Shown here one piece after another: positions 61,671 through 64,000 of a stretch of 64,000 nucleotides of DNA. The DNA lies in NCBI RefSeq assembly GCF_009914755.1, contig NC_060928.1; one strand, written 5' to 3'. The position numbers were made by a program, and so were the translations under genes. The notes below the pieces were generated by a model. The model was given only the letters and a program-made list of their open reading frames with translations, searched no databases and was not told the DNA's origin. How positions within the stretch are numbered: the first letter of the stretch is position 1; each line of letters starts with the position of its first letter. This stretch comes from the human T2T-CHM13v2.0 reference genome, Homo sapiens.

Positions 61671-62740
61671 AATACATAATTTGGGTACTTTAATATTTTA
61701 TGTATAGTATATAATACTTACTTTGGGTACTTTGATATTTTATGGACAGTGTATAATACATACTTTGGGTTCTTTGATATTTTATGTACAGTATGTAATA
61801 CATAATTTGGGTACTTTAATATTTTATGTATAGTATATAATACTTACTTTGGGTACTTTGATATTTTATGGACAGTGTATAATACATACTTTGGGTTCTC
61901 TGATATTTTCTGTACAGTGTATAATACATAATTTGGGTACTTTGATATTTTATGTACAGCATATAATACATACGTTGGGTACTTTGATATATTATGTACA
62001 GTATATAATACATACTTTGGGTACTTTGATATTTTATGTACAGTATATAATCCATAGTTTGTGTACTTTTATATTTTATGTACAGTATATAATACATACT
62101 TTGGGTACTTTGATATTTTATGTACAGTATATAATACATACTTTGGGTACTTTCATGTTTTATGTACAGTATATAATATATAGTTTGGGTACTTTGATAT
62201 TTTATCTACAGCTTATAATACTTACTTTGGGTAATTTGATATTTTATGTGCAGTATATAATACATACTTTGGGTAGTTTGATATTTTATGTACAGTATAC
62301 AATATATAGTTTGAGTACTTTGATATTTTATGTGCAGTATAAAATATATAGTGTTGGTACTTTGATGTTTTATGTACAGTATATATTTTGAGTACTTTGA
62401 TATTTTGTGTACAGTTTATTATAAATGTTTGGGTACTTTCATATTTGATGTACAGTATATAATACATAATTTGGGCACTTTGATATTTTATGTACAGTAT
62501 ATAATACATACTTTGGGTACTTTTATATTTTATGTACAGTATATAATACATACTCTGGGCACTTTGATATTTAATGTACAGTATATAATACACACTTTGC
62601 GTACTTTGATATTTTATGTAACGTATGTAATACATACTTTGGGTAGTTTGATATTTTATGTACAGTATGTAGTACACACTTTGGGTACTTTGATATTTTA
62701 TGTACAGTATGTAAAACATACTTTGGGTAGTTTGATATTT
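60228..62740 (+). repeat. Rearranged copy of window positions 1 to ~2760
   Basis: Offset is 60,227 (212/60439, 666/60893, 1172/61399), then 60,353 after a 126-bp duplication, then 59,983 after a 370-bp deletion (2408/62391). Confidence 0.85.
61646..61899 (+). repeat. 126-bp (3-monomer) local tandem duplication
   Basis: TTGGGTACTTTAAT...TACTTACTTT...ATGGACAGTG...GGTTCT begins at 61681 and again at 61807. The homologous region at 1454-1546 has a single copy. Confidence 0.85.
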
Positions 62741-64000
62741 TATGATCAGTATATAATACACATTTTGGGTACCTTGATATTTTATGTACAGTATATAATA
62801 CATACTTTGGGTACTTTGATATTTTATGTACAGTATATAATGCATACCTTAGGTACTTTGATAGTTTTTGTACAGTATATAATACATACTTTGGGTACTT
62901 TGATATTTTATGTACAGTATATAATACATAGTTTGGGTACTTTGATATTTTATGTACAGTATATAATACATACTTTGGGTACTTTGATATTTTATCTACA
63001 GTGTATAATATATACTTTGGGTACTTTGATATATTATGTACAGTATATAATACATACTTTGGGTACTTTGATATTTTATGTACAGTATATAATACATACT
63101 TTGGGTACTTTGATATTTTATGTACAGTATATAATACATACTTTCAGTAGTTTGATATTTTATGTACAGTATATAATATATAGTTTGGGTACTTTGATAT
63201 TTTATGTACAGTATATAATACATAGTTTGGGTACTTTGATATTTTATGTACAGTATATAATACATACTTTCGGTACTTTGATATTTTATGTACAGTATAT
63301 AATATATAGTTTGGGTACTTTGATAATTTATGTACAGTGTATAACACATACTTTGGGTACTTTGATATTTTATGTACAGTATATAATACATACTTTGGGT
63401 ACTTTGATATTTTATATACAGTATATAATACATACTTTGGGTACTTTCATATTTCATGTACAGTTTATAATATATAGTTTGAGTACTTTGGTATATTATG
63501 TACTGTATATAATACATACTTTGGGTACTTTGATATTTTATGTACAGTATATAATACATACTTTGGGTACTTTGATATTTTATGTACAGTATACAATATA
63601 TACTTTGACTACTTTGATATTTTATGTCCAGTATAGAATATATAGTTTTGGTAGTTTGATATTTTATGTACAGTATATAGTTTGAGTACATTGATATTTT
63701 ATGTACACTTTATTATAAATGTTTGGATACTTTCATATTTTATGTACAGTATATAATACATACTTTGGGCACTTTGATATTTTATGTACAGTATACAATA
63801 CATACTTTGGGTACTTTGATATTTTATGTACAGTATATAATACATAATTTGGGTACTTTGATATTTTATGTACAGTATATAATGCATACTTTGGGTACTT
63901 TGATGTTTTATGTACAGTATATAATACATACTTAGGGTACTTTGACATTTTATGTGCAGTACATAATACATACTTTGGATACTTTGTTATTTTAAATACA

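Larger units (their letters stand above)
1..64000. repeat. Human Satellite 1A (HSat1A / classical satellite I / SAR) 42-bp tandem array, ~1,500 monomers, one orientation, extends beyond both window edges
   Basis: The consensus TTTGGGTACTTTGATATTTTATGTACAGTATATAATACATAC repeats head-to-tail throughout (19 T, 13 A, 6 G, 4 C). Two GTAC sites give 17-bp (ACTTTGATATTTTATGT) and 25-bp (ACAGTATATAATACATACTTTGGGT) RsaI subunits, the established structure of human satellite I. The 14-aa periodicity in all ORFs confirms the 42-bp unit. The family call is from recognition, not a database search. Confidence 0.95.

Noticed and set aside
2-63971. Hundreds of ORFs resembling membrane or repeat proteins
   Set aside because: All are translations of the 42-bp monomer, overlapping in several frames on both strands. 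They end at cassette frameshifts or point stops and have no unique domains, so no CDS is called.
1-64000. CRISPR-like array (conserved ~25-bp part alternating with a more variable part)
   Set aside because: The variable part is a point-mutated version of the same sequence, not a set of unique spacers. There is no leader and no cas gene.
1-64000. Embedded Alu/L1, HSat1B (Alu-derived 2.4-kb unit), HSat2/3, telomeric repeats or a strand inversion
   Set aside because: Reading through, I saw no GC-rich or poly(A) insert, no CATTC/GGAAT or TTAGGG runs, and no reverse-complement monomer (ATCAAAGTACCCAAA) on the + strand. A very short insert could have been missed.
1-64000. Assignment to a specific chromosome, or a strict 378-bp higher-order repeat
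   Set aside because: There is no unique flanking sequence, so assignment needs alignment to T2T assemblies. Observed cassette spacing is variable (76+42n), not a fixed 378 bp.

Overview
All 64 kb is one uninterrupted, single-orientation tandem array of an AT-rich 42-bp satellite. The consensus is TTTGGGTACTTTGATATTTTATGTACAGTATATAATACATAC (10/42 G+C, no CpG), with about 1,500 monomers. The 42-bp unit, cut by two RsaI (GTAC) sites into 17-bp and 25-bp subunits, matches human classical Satellite 1A (HSat1A, Repbase SAR), which is pericentromeric/acrocentric heterochromatin; the chromosome cannot be determined by eye. I see no genes, RNA genes, transposons, CRISPR spacers or inversions. Every ORF in the track is a 14-aa translation of the monomer, because 42 is divisible by 3 and four of six frames of the consensus lack stops. 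I found no new gene system; what is notable is the array's internal architecture. A conserved cassette built on a 35-bp + 41-bp short-monomer pair recurs about 90 times at variable spacing. Multi-kb duplications are nested, including a near-identical 6,138-bp tandem duplication, an older ~6.2-kb period, a ~3.25-kb period and dispersed copies up to 60 kb apart. Individual recombination or conversion events can be mapped, and several motifs recur with the monomer (TCF/LEF core, poly(A) signals, quasi-palindrome). All alignments were done by eye using rare variants and ORF-track offsets, so block ends are approximate.
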